From a virus (lineage: Duplodnaviria; Caudoviricetes): DNA of 64,000 bases. Positions within the stretch are counted from its first letter, which is position 1. Every line of letters begins with the position of its first letter. Shown here piece after piece: positions 20,537-29,603 of the stretch. The notes under the pieces are model-generated. The model was not told the origin of the DNA. It made no database searches and saw only the letters and a list, made by a program, of their open reading frames with translations. The DNA lies in the IMG/VR virus record IMGVR_UViG_3300032239_001501, positions 64,001 through 128,000 of that record. One strand, 5' to 3'. Made by a program: the position numbers and the translations under genes.

Positions 20537-21172
20537 ATGAAGTCATATTCTCAATGTGGACAAGATTTATTTGTCTATTATCTAAATGAAGGAACACCAG
20601 GTAAATTTTTAGACTTAGGATGTTCTTTACCTAAAAAAATTAATAATACCTATCTTTTAGAATTAAACGGATGGGATGGAATATCATTAGATATTCAAGA
20701 TTTTAATGAACAATGGAAAGAAAGAAAATCTAAGTTCATACAAGCAGATTGTCTTAACCAAGATTATAATGAACTACTTAAAGATTATTATGATAACACT
20801 GTAATTGATTACCTAACATTAGATATGGAAGGTTGTGGAGATAGGTACAGACTACTTCAAAAAATTATTGAAAGTGATTATACCTTTAAAATAATCACAA
20901 TAGAACACGACGCATATATTGGAAGTGAATTTGTAAACAAAGAACAAATACCTCAACGTAAATTGTTAGAATCAAAAGGTTATAAATTAGTTTGTTCAGA
21001 TGTATCTCATTCAAAAAGTCCTGAATTATTTTTTGAAGATTGGTGGGTTAATCCTCAATATTTTGAAGAATCAGATATCACGGCTTGGAGCGACAATAAA
21101 ATTAGTTGCGATAAAATTTTTGAAAAATTAAATATTGTATATGAAATTGCAGACGAATCCAAAGATAGGTAA
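20537..21172 (+). CDS. FkbM-like methyltransferase
   Basis: YSQCGQD, FLDLG, NNTYLLE..GWDG, IDYLTLDMEG, ITIEHD, EDWWV. Confidence 0.75.
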   Translation: MKSYSQCGQDLFVYYLNEGTPGKFLDLGCSLPKKINNTYLLELNGWDGISLDIQDFNEQWKERKSKFIQADCLNQDYNELLKDYYDNTVIDYLTLDMEGCGDRYRLLQKIIESDYTFKIITIEHDAYIGSEFVNKEQIPQRKLLESKGYKLVCSDVSHSKSPELFFEDWWVNPQYFEESDITAWSDNKISCDKIFEKLNIVYEIADESKDR

Positions 21173-22262
21173 AAAAATAGTTGTTCTCGGTGGAGGAGGC
21201 TTCATAGGTGGACACTTAGCAAAAAGATTAAAAGAAGAAGGTAATCACGTTAGAATTTGTGATATTAAAAAACATGAACATTTTTTTCATGAAGAAATAT
21301 GTCACGAGTTTATTTTAGGTGATTTAACTGACCCTAAGGTCGTTGATACGGTTATTGAAGAAGATGTTGATGAAGTATACCAATTGGCTGCAGATATGGG
21401 TGGTGCTCTTTATATCTTCACTGGTGAGAATGATGCAAACCTTATGCACAACTCAGCAACAATTAATTTAAACGTATCAAGAGAATGTGTTAAGAAAAAA
21501 GTTAAAAAAGTGTTCTATTCATCATCGGCTTGTATGTATCCTGAACACAATCAATTAGACCCATTAAATCCAAATTGTGAAGAAAGTTCAGCATATCCCG
21601 CAAACCCAGATTCAGAATATGGATGGGAAAAATTATTTTCAGAAAGAGTGTTTTTAGCATACCATAGAAACTATGGATTAAATGTTAGAATCGCAAGATT
21701 CCATAACATCTTTGGGCCACAAGGTACTTGGAAAGGTGGTAGGGAAAAATCACCAGCCGCAATGTGTAGAAAAGTTGCAGAGGCTAAAAATGAAGATATT
21801 ATTGAAGTGTGGGGTAATGGTCAACAAACAAGATCATTTCTTTATGTGGATGAATGCGTTGAAGCTGTATTACGATTAATGGAAAGTGATTTTACAGGAC
21901 CTGTTAATATCGGTAGCGAAGAAATGGTTACAATTAATCAATTAGCAGAATTGGTGATTCAAATTTCAAAAAAGAATTTATCCGTAAAAAATATTGACGG
22001 AGAGGAATTTGTTAAAAAATATGGATTTAAATGTCCTCTTGGAGTAAAAGGAAGAAACTCTGACAATAAACTTTACCGTGAAAAAATTGGATGGGAAGTT
22101 AGTCAACCGTTATCTGTTGGTATAACGAAAACTTTTATTTGGATAAAATCTCAGATAGATATTTTTGAAAAAGAAACCCCATGGATTTATGAAAGTCCTG
22201 ATAAAGGAGAAACAATATATAAAAGAGAACCATTTAATACAGAAAGAATTAAAATAAAATAA
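21141..22262 (+). CDS. GDP-mannose 3',5'-epimerase-like SDR
   Basis: GGGGFIGGH, LAADMGG, SSACMYPE, YGWEK, RFHNIFGP, GGREKSPAAMCRK; ATG at 21141. Confidence 0.85.
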   Translation: MKLQTNPKIGKKIVVLGGGGFIGGHLAKRLKEEGNHVRICDIKKHEHFFHEEICHEFILGDLTDPKVVDTVIEEDVDEVYQLAADMGGALYIFTGENDANLMHNSATINLNVSRECVKKKVKKVFYSSSACMYPEHNQLDPLNPNCEESSAYPANPDSEYGWEKLFSERVFLAYHRNYGLNVRIARFHNIFGPQGTWKGGREKSPAAMCRKVAEAKNEDIIEVWGNGQQTRSFLYVDECVEAVLRLMESDFTGPVNIGSEEMVTINQLAELVIQISKKNLSVKNIDGEEFVKKYGFKCPLGVKGRNSDNKLYREKIGWEVSQPLSVGITKTFIWIKSQIDIFEKETPWIYESPDKGETIYKREPFNTERIKIK

Positions 22263-22263
22263 T

Positions 22264-22644
22264 ATGATTACAATACCAGTAAGTGTTGGAGAATTAATTG
22301 ATAAATTATCAATCCTACACGTAAAACAATTAAAAATTTCTAACGAAGAAAAATTGGAGTATGTTAATAAAGAATTTGAACTATTATATAACTTATCATC
22401 ATATTATTTGAATAACCAAGAAGTTGAAAACTTATACCATCAATTAGTTGAAATTAATAAAAAATTATGGGACATAGAAGATAAACTTAGAGTTATTGAA
22501 TCTGAAAACAATTTTGACTTAGAATTTATAGATTTGGCAAGAAAAGTGTACTTTACAAATGATGAAAGATTTAGATTAAAAAATAAAATTAATTTAACTA
22601 CTTTATCTGAAATCAGAGAAATTAAAGACTATAAAAAGTATTAA
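22264..22644 (+). CDS. DUF6165-like protein
   Basis: IPVSVGELIDKLSIL...LWDIED...LARKVYFTNDERF.LK..IN. Confidence 0.7.
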   Translation: MITIPVSVGELIDKLSILHVKQLKISNEEKLEYVNKEFELLYNLSSYYLNNQEVENLYHQLVEINKKLWDIEDKLRVIESENNFDLEFIDLARKVYFTNDERFRLKNKINLTTLSEIREIKDYKKY

Positions 22645-22660
22645 AATTTAAAACCACTTA

Positions 22661-23398
22661 ATGGGAAAAATAACGAAAAGAACCAGTACATTTCAAATAC
22701 CAAATGAAGAAGGTAAAATTATAAAAACAAAAAAAGAACAAATTTGTTCAATAATAAAAAAGAAAACAAAACAAAAGTTTTTAACTGAAAGTCAAAAAGA
22801 ATACTACGAAAAATTAAATTCAAATCAAATTACAATATGTTCAGGGCCAGCAGGGGTGGGTAAAAGTTTTATTGCAATGAAATGTGCAATAGATTTATTA
22901 TCGGATCCTGAAAATTCATATGAAAAAATTATAATTGTAAGACCCGCAGTTGAAGCAGAAGAAAAACTTGGGTCTTTACCAGGTAATGTTGAAGAAAAAT
23001 TGGATCCTTATATTTTTCCATCATATTATTTATTAAATAAAATTATTGGAAAAGAAACAAGAGAAAAATTAAAAGAAATTGAAGCTGTTGAAATTTTTGC
23101 TTTGGCATACATGAGAGGTATGAATATTGATAATTCAATTCTTATATTTGAAGAAGCACAAAATTCAACTCCAAGTCAAATGAAATTATTATTAACAAGA
23201 ATTGGATTTAATTCCAAATTTTTCATTTCAGGTGACTTAGAACAATTTGATAGACACAAGGATAAAACACATACAGGACTTTGGGATGCTATGAAAAAAT
23301 TCAGAGATTTACAAAGTATTGGTGTTCATGAATTTGGAGAAAATGATATTGTTAGAAACCCTTTAATAACGCAAATTTTAAAAAGATACGAAGAATGA
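22661..23398 (+). CDS. phoH: PhoH-family ATPase
   Basis: GPAGVGKS, RPAVE, LGSLPG, YMRG, EEAQN, LLTRIG, GDLEQ, IVRNP. Confidence 0.92.
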   Translation: MGKITKRTSTFQIPNEEGKIIKTKKEQICSIIKKKTKQKFLTESQKEYYEKLNSNQITICSGPAGVGKSFIAMKCAIDLLSDPENSYEKIIIVRPAVEAEEKLGSLPGNVEEKLDPYIFPSYYLLNKIIGKETREKLKEIEAVEIFALAYMRGMNIDNSILIFEEAQNSTPSQMKLLLTRIGFNSKFFISGDLEQFDRHKDKTHTGLWDAMKKFRDLQSIGVHEFGENDIVRNPLITQILKRYEE

Positions 23399-24006
23399 GA
23401 ATCGGTATAGAAATTAATGGAGTTTTACGAGATACTTTAAAAAAAATCCAACAAGAATATGAGAAATGGTATCTAAATGAAAACTGGAAAGAAATGGAAT
23501 TTGTTGAAGATGAAAAAGATATTGAAAGAAAAGTAATATCGGATGTTACATCATTAGATTTAAAAAAACATTTAGAGTTTAAAAATGAAGATGAAATATA
23601 TGATTTTCTTTATGACGAACATACTATGGAAATTTTTGGTCATGCCGGTTCTGTTGAATATAGTGGAATGAATGATTTAAATGATTTTTATGTAGATATG
23701 AGGGATTTTCATGATATTATCATTGTTTCTGACGAAATAGGAAAATCAAAACCGGCATCATTATTTTTTTTAGCAAAGTTTGGATGTATGTTAGAACAAG
23801 TTAAATTTTATAGTGAAAGTACAATTAATTCTCTTTGGGACTCTGTAGACATTTTACTTACAGCGAATCCTAATCTATTATTAAATCATCCTGATAATAA
23901 AATTATTATAAAATATAATACAATTTATAATTCGGATATAAAAAGTGAGAATTCAATTTCTAAATTGAAAGAACTCAAAACTAAAATAGAAAATTTAAAT
24001 GATTAA
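23395..24006 (+). CDS. HAD-fold 5'(3')-nucleotidase-like protein with degenerate motif I
   Basis: MRIGIEINGVLRD versus canonical IGIDIDGVLxD. Confidence 0.55.
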   Translation: MRIGIEINGVLRDTLKKIQQEYEKWYLNENWKEMEFVEDEKDIERKVISDVTSLDLKKHLEFKNEDEIYDFLYDEHTMEIFGHAGSVEYSGMNDLNDFYVDMRDFHDIIIVSDEIGKSKPASLFFLAKFGCMLEQVKFYSESTINSLWDSVDILLTANPNLLLNHPDNKIIIKYNTIYNSDIKSENSISKLKELKTKIENLND

Positions 24007-24280
24007 CGTACTTGGAGAAAATTATTATGTTGACTTAGATGAAATTGAATCTTACATTGATATGACCGATGAACTACCTGTTGAACAAACAAGTGGGACT
24101 ACTGAAATGAGAATTAATATTATTAAATTTGAAATGGTTAAAATGTTAATGGAAGTAATCTTAAGTGAAAATGAAGAAATGGATGAAAAATTAGGAATAA
24201 AATCAGGTTCTAAAACAAGTATACCATTTAGAATAGCATTCAATAGTTTATTAAATAAAAAACTTATCAATCATTATTAA
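23999..24280 (+). CDS. Hypothetical protein
   Basis: 93-aa ORF in operon. Confidence 0.6.
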   Translation: MINVLGENYYVDLDEIESYIDMTDELPVEQTSGTTEMRINIIKFEMVKMLMEVILSENEEMDEKLGIKSGSKTSIPFRIAFNSLLNKKLINHY

Positions 24281-24281
24281 T

Positions 24282-25337
24282 ATGGGAAATTTAGCAGCAG
24301 AAAAAGTTAAAGAGTCAATTAAGACACTAAGGGATAAAAAATCAAGAATTTATTTATTCGCACAAGACACTAAAGGAAACGCAAAGGCATCTATAAAATA
24401 CATTTATGACATTGCACTAACTTTAAAAAGAAATGGGTTTAATCCAATAATTTTACACGAAAAAAATGATTACACTAGTGTAGAATCTTGGATGAGTAAA
24501 GAGTATATGGAAGAATTACCTCACAAATCAATTGAAGGACAAGATTTAGAAATCAGTCCTGAAGATTTTTTTATTTTACCTGAAATATTTGGATATATTA
24601 TGGAACAAATAAAACAATTACCATGTGCTAAAATTGTGTTAACACAATCTTACGCTTATATGTTAGAAACATTACAACCTGGTCAAACATGGGCACAATA
24701 TGGATTTTTTAAATGTATTACTACATCTAACAAACAAAAAGAGTATATTGAAAGAGTGATGAGACAATCTTCTTTTGATGTATTACCTCCATATATATCT
24801 GAAAATTATGTCCCAAGAAGTTTACCTGCAATGCCAATTGTTGCAATTCACACAAGAGAACAAAGTGACGCAATTAATTTAATTAAATCATTTTATCTTA
24901 AATTCCCTCAATATAGATGGTTTACATTTAGAGATATGAGAGGATTATCTGAAAAAGAATTTTCAAAAGCATTAAAAGAATGTTTTTTAAGTGTTTGGAT
25001 TGACGATAAAAGTGGATTTGGAACTTTTCCATTAGAATCAATGTCATGTAATGTACCGTGTTTAGGTAAAATACCTGATTTGTCACCAGAATGGATGAAT
25101 GAAGATAATGGTATTTGGGTAACTGATTTAACTATGATGGCAGACTATATTGCTGATTTCATACAAAATTGGTTGGAAGATAATATTAAACCAGATCTTT
25201 TTGAAAATATGAAGACTACCGCTAAACAATTTGGCAATAAACAAGAATTTGAATCAAAAGTAATCTCTTTATTTGAAGGATATTTAAATACTAGAGCCGA
25301 TTCATTTGAACAACAAATATCAAAAACAGAAGAATAA
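24282..25337 (+). CDS. GT-B glycosyltransferase-like protein
   Basis: ILPEI; SGFGTFPLESMSC resembles the GT4 E-x7-E region. Confidence 0.6.
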   Translation: MGNLAAEKVKESIKTLRDKKSRIYLFAQDTKGNAKASIKYIYDIALTLKRNGFNPIILHEKNDYTSVESWMSKEYMEELPHKSIEGQDLEISPEDFFILPEIFGYIMEQIKQLPCAKIVLTQSYAYMLETLQPGQTWAQYGFFKCITTSNKQKEYIERVMRQSSFDVLPPYISENYVPRSLPAMPIVAIHTREQSDAINLIKSFYLKFPQYRWFTFRDMRGLSEKEFSKALKECFLSVWIDDKSGFGTFPLESMSCNVPCLGKIPDLSPEWMNEDNGIWVTDLTMMADYIADFIQNWLEDNIKPDLFENMKTTAKQFGNKQEFESKVISLFEGYLNTRADSFEQQISKTEE

Positions 25338-25338
25338 T

Positions 25339-26145
25339 ATGAATAACAAATTATCAGTATCGGTTATTTTACCTTTAAAATCATCTAAAGCAAAAAATTT
25401 TGATGAGTATTTTGAAAAGGCAATTACGTCATTAAAAAATCAACAAATTCAAATTGAAGAACTTGTTATAGTTCATTCTCAAGAAGAAAGTTTGGTAACA
25501 TTATTATCGTCATATGACTTTGGTAATTTAAATGTTACTAAATTAATTTGGGATAAAGAACCAAATTATTCTGAACAGATTAATTACGGTATAAAAGAAT
25601 CTAAAGGAACTTGGATTTCTATTTTTGAATTTGATGATGAATACGCATCAATATGGTTTAAAAATGTTTTAACATATACCCAAGCATATCCTGATGTTCA
25701 AGTATTTCTACCAGTTGTTGTAGATACAGATGAAAAAGGAATTTTCGTAGGATTTACAAATGAAGCAACATTTGCAGCAAACTTCTCACAAGAAATGGGT
25801 TATTTAACTAATGAAACATTACAAAATTATCAAAATTTTCAAACATCAGGTTCTGTAATTAAAAAATCGGTTATTGAAGATTTTGGAGGATTTAAAGGTT
25901 CAATTAAACTTACATTTGTATATGAATTTTTATTAAGATTAACTTATAATTCAGTATCAATTATGACAATTCCAAGATTGGCATACAAACATACTAACTT
26001 AAGAGAAGGGTCAATATTTTGGAATTATAAAAATAGTGAACCAAAAATGTTAGAAGATGAAGTTAAATTTTGGGTAGCGACTGCAAAAAAAGAATATTTT
26101 TTTACTGACGATAGAGTCATAAAATACCAATCAGAAAATGTATAA
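25339..26145 (+). CDS. GT2 glycosyltransferase
   Basis: SVILP, SLKNQ, INYGI, FEFDDEY; start probably the ATG at 25339. Confidence 0.75.
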   Translation: MNNKLSVSVILPLKSSKAKNFDEYFEKAITSLKNQQIQIEELVIVHSQEESLVTLLSSYDFGNLNVTKLIWDKEPNYSEQINYGIKESKGTWISIFEFDDEYASIWFKNVLTYTQAYPDVQVFLPVVVDTDEKGIFVGFTNEATFAANFSQEMGYLTNETLQNYQNFQTSGSVIKKSVIEDFGGFKGSIKLTFVYEFLLRLTYNSVSIMTIPRLAYKHTNLREGSIFWNYKNSEPKMLEDEVKFWVATAKKEYFFTDDRVIKYQSENV

Positions 26146-26912
26146 TGATAGAAACACTATCTGCAGTCACAGAAGTACTGTCTGCTGCGACAGAAGATGT
26201 TTCTTCAAAAAAAAGAGGAAGAAAGGCTGTTAAAGAAAATTATTTTGATGTTAGAGAAGAAAATGCTGTAAGAAAATTTTTATTAGCAGAATCTTCCTAC
26301 GACAAGAATAAAATTTATAATGAGTTTTTAAAAGATCCTCTTGATAAGATGATTTCATCAATTATTAGACGGTATAAATTATATCGTAAAGATATGGATT
26401 TTAATGAAATTCATACTGATACTCATTCATTTTTAATGACTAAGGTTGATAAATTTAAACCGGATAAAAATAAAAAAGCGTACTCTTATTTTGGAACTAT
26501 TTGTAAAAATTATTTAATGGGTCAAATTATTAAAGACCAAAAAGAAACAAATAGAAAAATATCATATGAAGATATATCATCAAGTTTAGAACAAAGACCT
26601 GATATGAGTTATAGAATTGATGAAGATGTTATTGAAAGTGATGCAGTAATTATAAAATATTTACAAGAATTAAAAGATTTTATTGATTTTGAAAATCTTA
26701 ATGAAAATGAAAAAAAATTAGGGTATGCATTAATTGATTTATTTGATAATTATCAGACCATATTTTCAGGTGCTGATAATAACAAGTTTAACAAAAATGT
26801 TATTTTGTTATCTCTTAGAGAAATGACTAATTTAAGTACTAAAGAAATTAGAAGTTCAATTAAAAGATTTAAAAAATTATATATTATAATTCAAACTAGG
26901 ATGAAAAATTAA
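26145..26912 (+). CDS. gp55-like phage sigma factor for late transcription
   Basis: NYF...KFKPDKNKKAYSYFGTICKNYL...KDQKE resembles the T4-like gp55 region F(D)PEK.K..(F)AY(F)T....A(F)...KE.K. Confidence 0.7.
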   Translation: MIETLSAVTEVLSAATEDVSSKKRGRKAVKENYFDVREENAVRKFLLAESSYDKNKIYNEFLKDPLDKMISSIIRRYKLYRKDMDFNEIHTDTHSFLMTKVDKFKPDKNKKAYSYFGTICKNYLMGQIIKDQKETNRKISYEDISSSLEQRPDMSYRIDEDVIESDAVIIKYLQELKDFIDFENLNENEKKLGYALIDLFDNYQTIFSGADNNKFNKNVILLSLREMTNLSTKEIRSSIKRFKKLYIIIQTRMKN

Positions 26913-26931
26913 TAAAAAAGTATTTATCAAT

Positions 26932-27297
26932 ATGCCTAGACCACAAAGAAAAGAAATTAATTTTAGTAAAGAGTCCATATTATCACTCATGCAAGAAATC
27001 TATAATGAGTTAGTGGAACAAAGAAATACCGCAATAAGGATTCAAAATAAAATGTTATCTATGTTGAAAGACCCTGAAGACATGACAACAATTGGTCCTG
27101 TAATTGAAAAACAACAAAAAATTGTTAACGATTGTGTTGAAAAAAAATTAAGTCTTTCTAAGCTACAATCTGGAATTTGGGAAAAATCCAACACCAATAC
27201 TGAATCATTTTCACTTGCAGATTTAGATGATGATTTAATTCAAAATCTTATTGATAAAGATGTCTCTAAAGAAGAAGAGAATTATAAATTAAAGTAA
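26932..27297 (+). CDS. Hypothetical coiled-coil protein
   Basis: 121 aa; TATTTATC motif 3 nt upstream of the ATG. Confidence 0.6.
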   Translation: MPRPQRKEINFSKESILSLMQEIYNELVEQRNTAIRIQNKMLSMLKDPEDMTTIGPVIEKQQKIVNDCVEKKLSLSKLQSGIWEKSNTNTESFSLADLDDDLIQNLIDKDVSKEEENYKLK

Positions 27298-27298
27298 A

Positions 27299-29389
27299 AT
27301 GGCATCACCAGATATTTCTCAAGGATTCAAGGATGTCGCTAATCAATTGGATGCTATTAAAGATTATAATACATCCTCTCAAGCAGAAAAACTTATATTA
27401 AATAAAGCTGCGGATTCTTCATCCCAAGCTGCATCTAAAATTTCAAAAGGATTAAATAATATTGCAGATAAACAAAAAAGATTTGAAAGAGATGTTCCAA
27501 CATCTATGGATGAACTTTTAAATTTATTTGGTAAAACTAATGGTCAAGGTCCAGAGTCTTTTAGATATTTAAGAAAAAAATTTTTGGAAGCTTCGGTTAA
27601 AATTGAACCTGAAATAAAAAATATTATTTCAAAAAACACATTAAAAGCATTAGGTTGTTCTCAACAACAAACTTTTAAAGGATTTAGTAAATTGCAGTAT
27701 GACCAAATTGGGTCAATGCAACAACTTCCTGTTCAACAAGGAATTTATATACCAGTTCAAAGTTTAGATCTTTTTGGTAATTTAAAAAATTCTCCTACTT
27801 CTTCCGTTGGAAAAGCCTATTATGAAGCCTCTACTCCATCAACAAGTACAAATTACAAATCTTATGGTGGAGGTATTCCGTTTCCAATGAATAAAGAATT
27901 GTACCAAAGAATGGATTCCACAAATGTTAATAGATCTTTTAAACAAGAATATGGACAAGTTTATAATGGAAGCTCAGGTCAACCATTATTTGATATGGAA
28001 TACACAAAAACAAATGAATTTGGAGTCTCAGGAGATTATTATAGAGTAATATTGCTGGATAGAGAAGATGGGACAAACGCTCCTGTAAATAAAGTTGGAC
28101 CTTTTTTAAACGATTATTTTTCAACAATTAAGTTAGTTGATTCATCCGATATTACATTACAAATTGTTAATTTACTTTCAGGTGCTTTAAGTACACAATC
28201 AAAACTTGGTCCTGCAGATATTGGAAATCAGTCATCTTTTGCTTTAATAGCCCAAAGAATTTTAGGTCTTTGTTTTGATTTTAGAAGACAAATTGATGTG
28301 AGCGGAGTTGCTAAAGTAGCTGAATTAGATGGTGTTGATGATGCCTTTTTTAAACCTACCGAATCTGATTTAAGAAACATAGATATTGTTATTAATAATG
28401 TTCAAAATGGTGTAATGGAATTTGAAGATTGTGACAATGTTAAATTACCTGTAGATTATGAATCATTAACAAAACAATTAGGTAATTTTAATTTAGAACA
28501 ATCAGGATTGACTTCAGAACAAAAAGTAACCGCAATGGAAAATATTATTGATAGTATTTCCCAAAATCCTTCTTGGAAATTGTATGTTCCGGCAAACTTT
28601 AATGTGAATGTCGCAATTAATACTAATGTATTAAAAAAACTTCCATTAGCAGTGGCCGCAGGAGTATTAACACCAAAAACGTTATTACCTATATTCACCA
28701 TGTTATCTGTTTTACAAACAAGTGCAAAAAATAGTCTTAATCAAGCAATAACATCTGCCAATACAAATATTGCATCAGGTAATACACTTGGTAATCAAAC
28801 AAATAATGTTATTAATAATGGAGTTGATTTTTTAAGTAAATTTAGAACATTTAATATTAATGTTATATCGGAAATAGGTGCGATTTATTTAAAAACTCTT
28901 TTTGAGATTTTAAAAAAAGATATAATTAATTTATTATCAATAATCATTGGTGATATTCTTAAAAACAAGATATCAACAAGATATGCGATAATTCAAAGGT
29001 TAGTTCAATTAGCGATAACAATTGTACAATTAATTAAAGATTTTAGGGAATGTAAATCTTTATTAAATGATATTCAAGCTCTTTTAACTTTAATTAATGG
29101 ATTACCAATTAAGAGACCAAAAATTCCAATGTTTTTAATGCCATTTACTGATTTTTTACCAGGTACTGATCCGTCTAGATCAAGTGTAAATACAATTCAA
29201 TTTTTACAAAAATTAGGTGTTCCAACAGGAACGCTACCGGATGGTTCTCCAAATTTAATGAATTTTTATATGAAGGCGATTCATAAAGGTGCTCATAAAG
29301 AACAAACTGAAAATGGGGCTTCTGATACAACATTAATTCCTAGTCCGATACCACCATATATACCCAAATTATATACTAAAAGTTATTAA
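27299..29389 (+). CDS. Large hypothetical (probable structural) protein
   Basis: 696-aa ORF in a putative late operon. Confidence 0.55.
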   Translation: MASPDISQGFKDVANQLDAIKDYNTSSQAEKLILNKAADSSSQAASKISKGLNNIADKQKRFERDVPTSMDELLNLFGKTNGQGPESFRYLRKKFLEASVKIEPEIKNIISKNTLKALGCSQQQTFKGFSKLQYDQIGSMQQLPVQQGIYIPVQSLDLFGNLKNSPTSSVGKAYYEASTPSTSTNYKSYGGGIPFPMNKELYQRMDSTNVNRSFKQEYGQVYNGSSGQPLFDMEYTKTNEFGVSGDYYRVILLDREDGTNAPVNKVGPFLNDYFSTIKLVDSSDITLQIVNLLSGALSTQSKLGPADIGNQSSFALIAQRILGLCFDFRRQIDVSGVAKVAELDGVDDAFFKPTESDLRNIDIVINNVQNGVMEFEDCDNVKLPVDYESLTKQLGNFNLEQSGLTSEQKVTAMENIIDSISQNPSWKLYVPANFNVNVAINTNVLKKLPLAVAAGVLTPKTLLPIFTMLSVLQTSAKNSLNQAITSANTNIASGNTLGNQTNNVINNGVDFLSKFRTFNINVISEIGAIYLKTLFEILKKDIINLLSIIIGDILKNKISTRYAIIQRLVQLAITIVQLIKDFRECKSLLNDIQALLTLINGLPIKRPKIPMFLMPFTDFLPGTDPSRSSVNTIQFLQKLGVPTGTLPDGSPNLMNFYMKAIHKGAHKEQTENGASDTTLIPSPIPPYIPKLYTKSY

Positions 29390-29399
29390 AATATGTGAT

Positions 29400-29603
29400 A
29401 TGACTAAGGAAGAATTTAATAAAATAATTGAAGAACAAAAAAATTTAAAAAACTTACCTAATAATAATTTAATTATAATGATGGATTTATTATCATTAGA
29501 ATTTGAGGAAGTTAAAAAAAATATTATTTCAATGACATATCATTTAGATAAAATAGAAGAATTATATGATAATTCGTTAAAAGAATACCAAAGAAGAACT
29601 TAA
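29400..29603 (+). CDS. Hypothetical protein
   Basis: 67 aa; TAATG coupling to the next gene. Confidence 0.55.
   Translation: MTKEEFNKIIEEQKNLKNLPNNNLIIMMDLLSLEFEEVKKNIISMTYHLDKIEELYDNSLKEYQRRT

Noticed and set aside
11696-26145. Bacterial LPS/capsule locus (host contamination)
   Set aside because: No wzx/wzy/ABC export genes; interleaved with phage-type dut, phoH and a gp55-like gene; contiguous with T4-like structural genes
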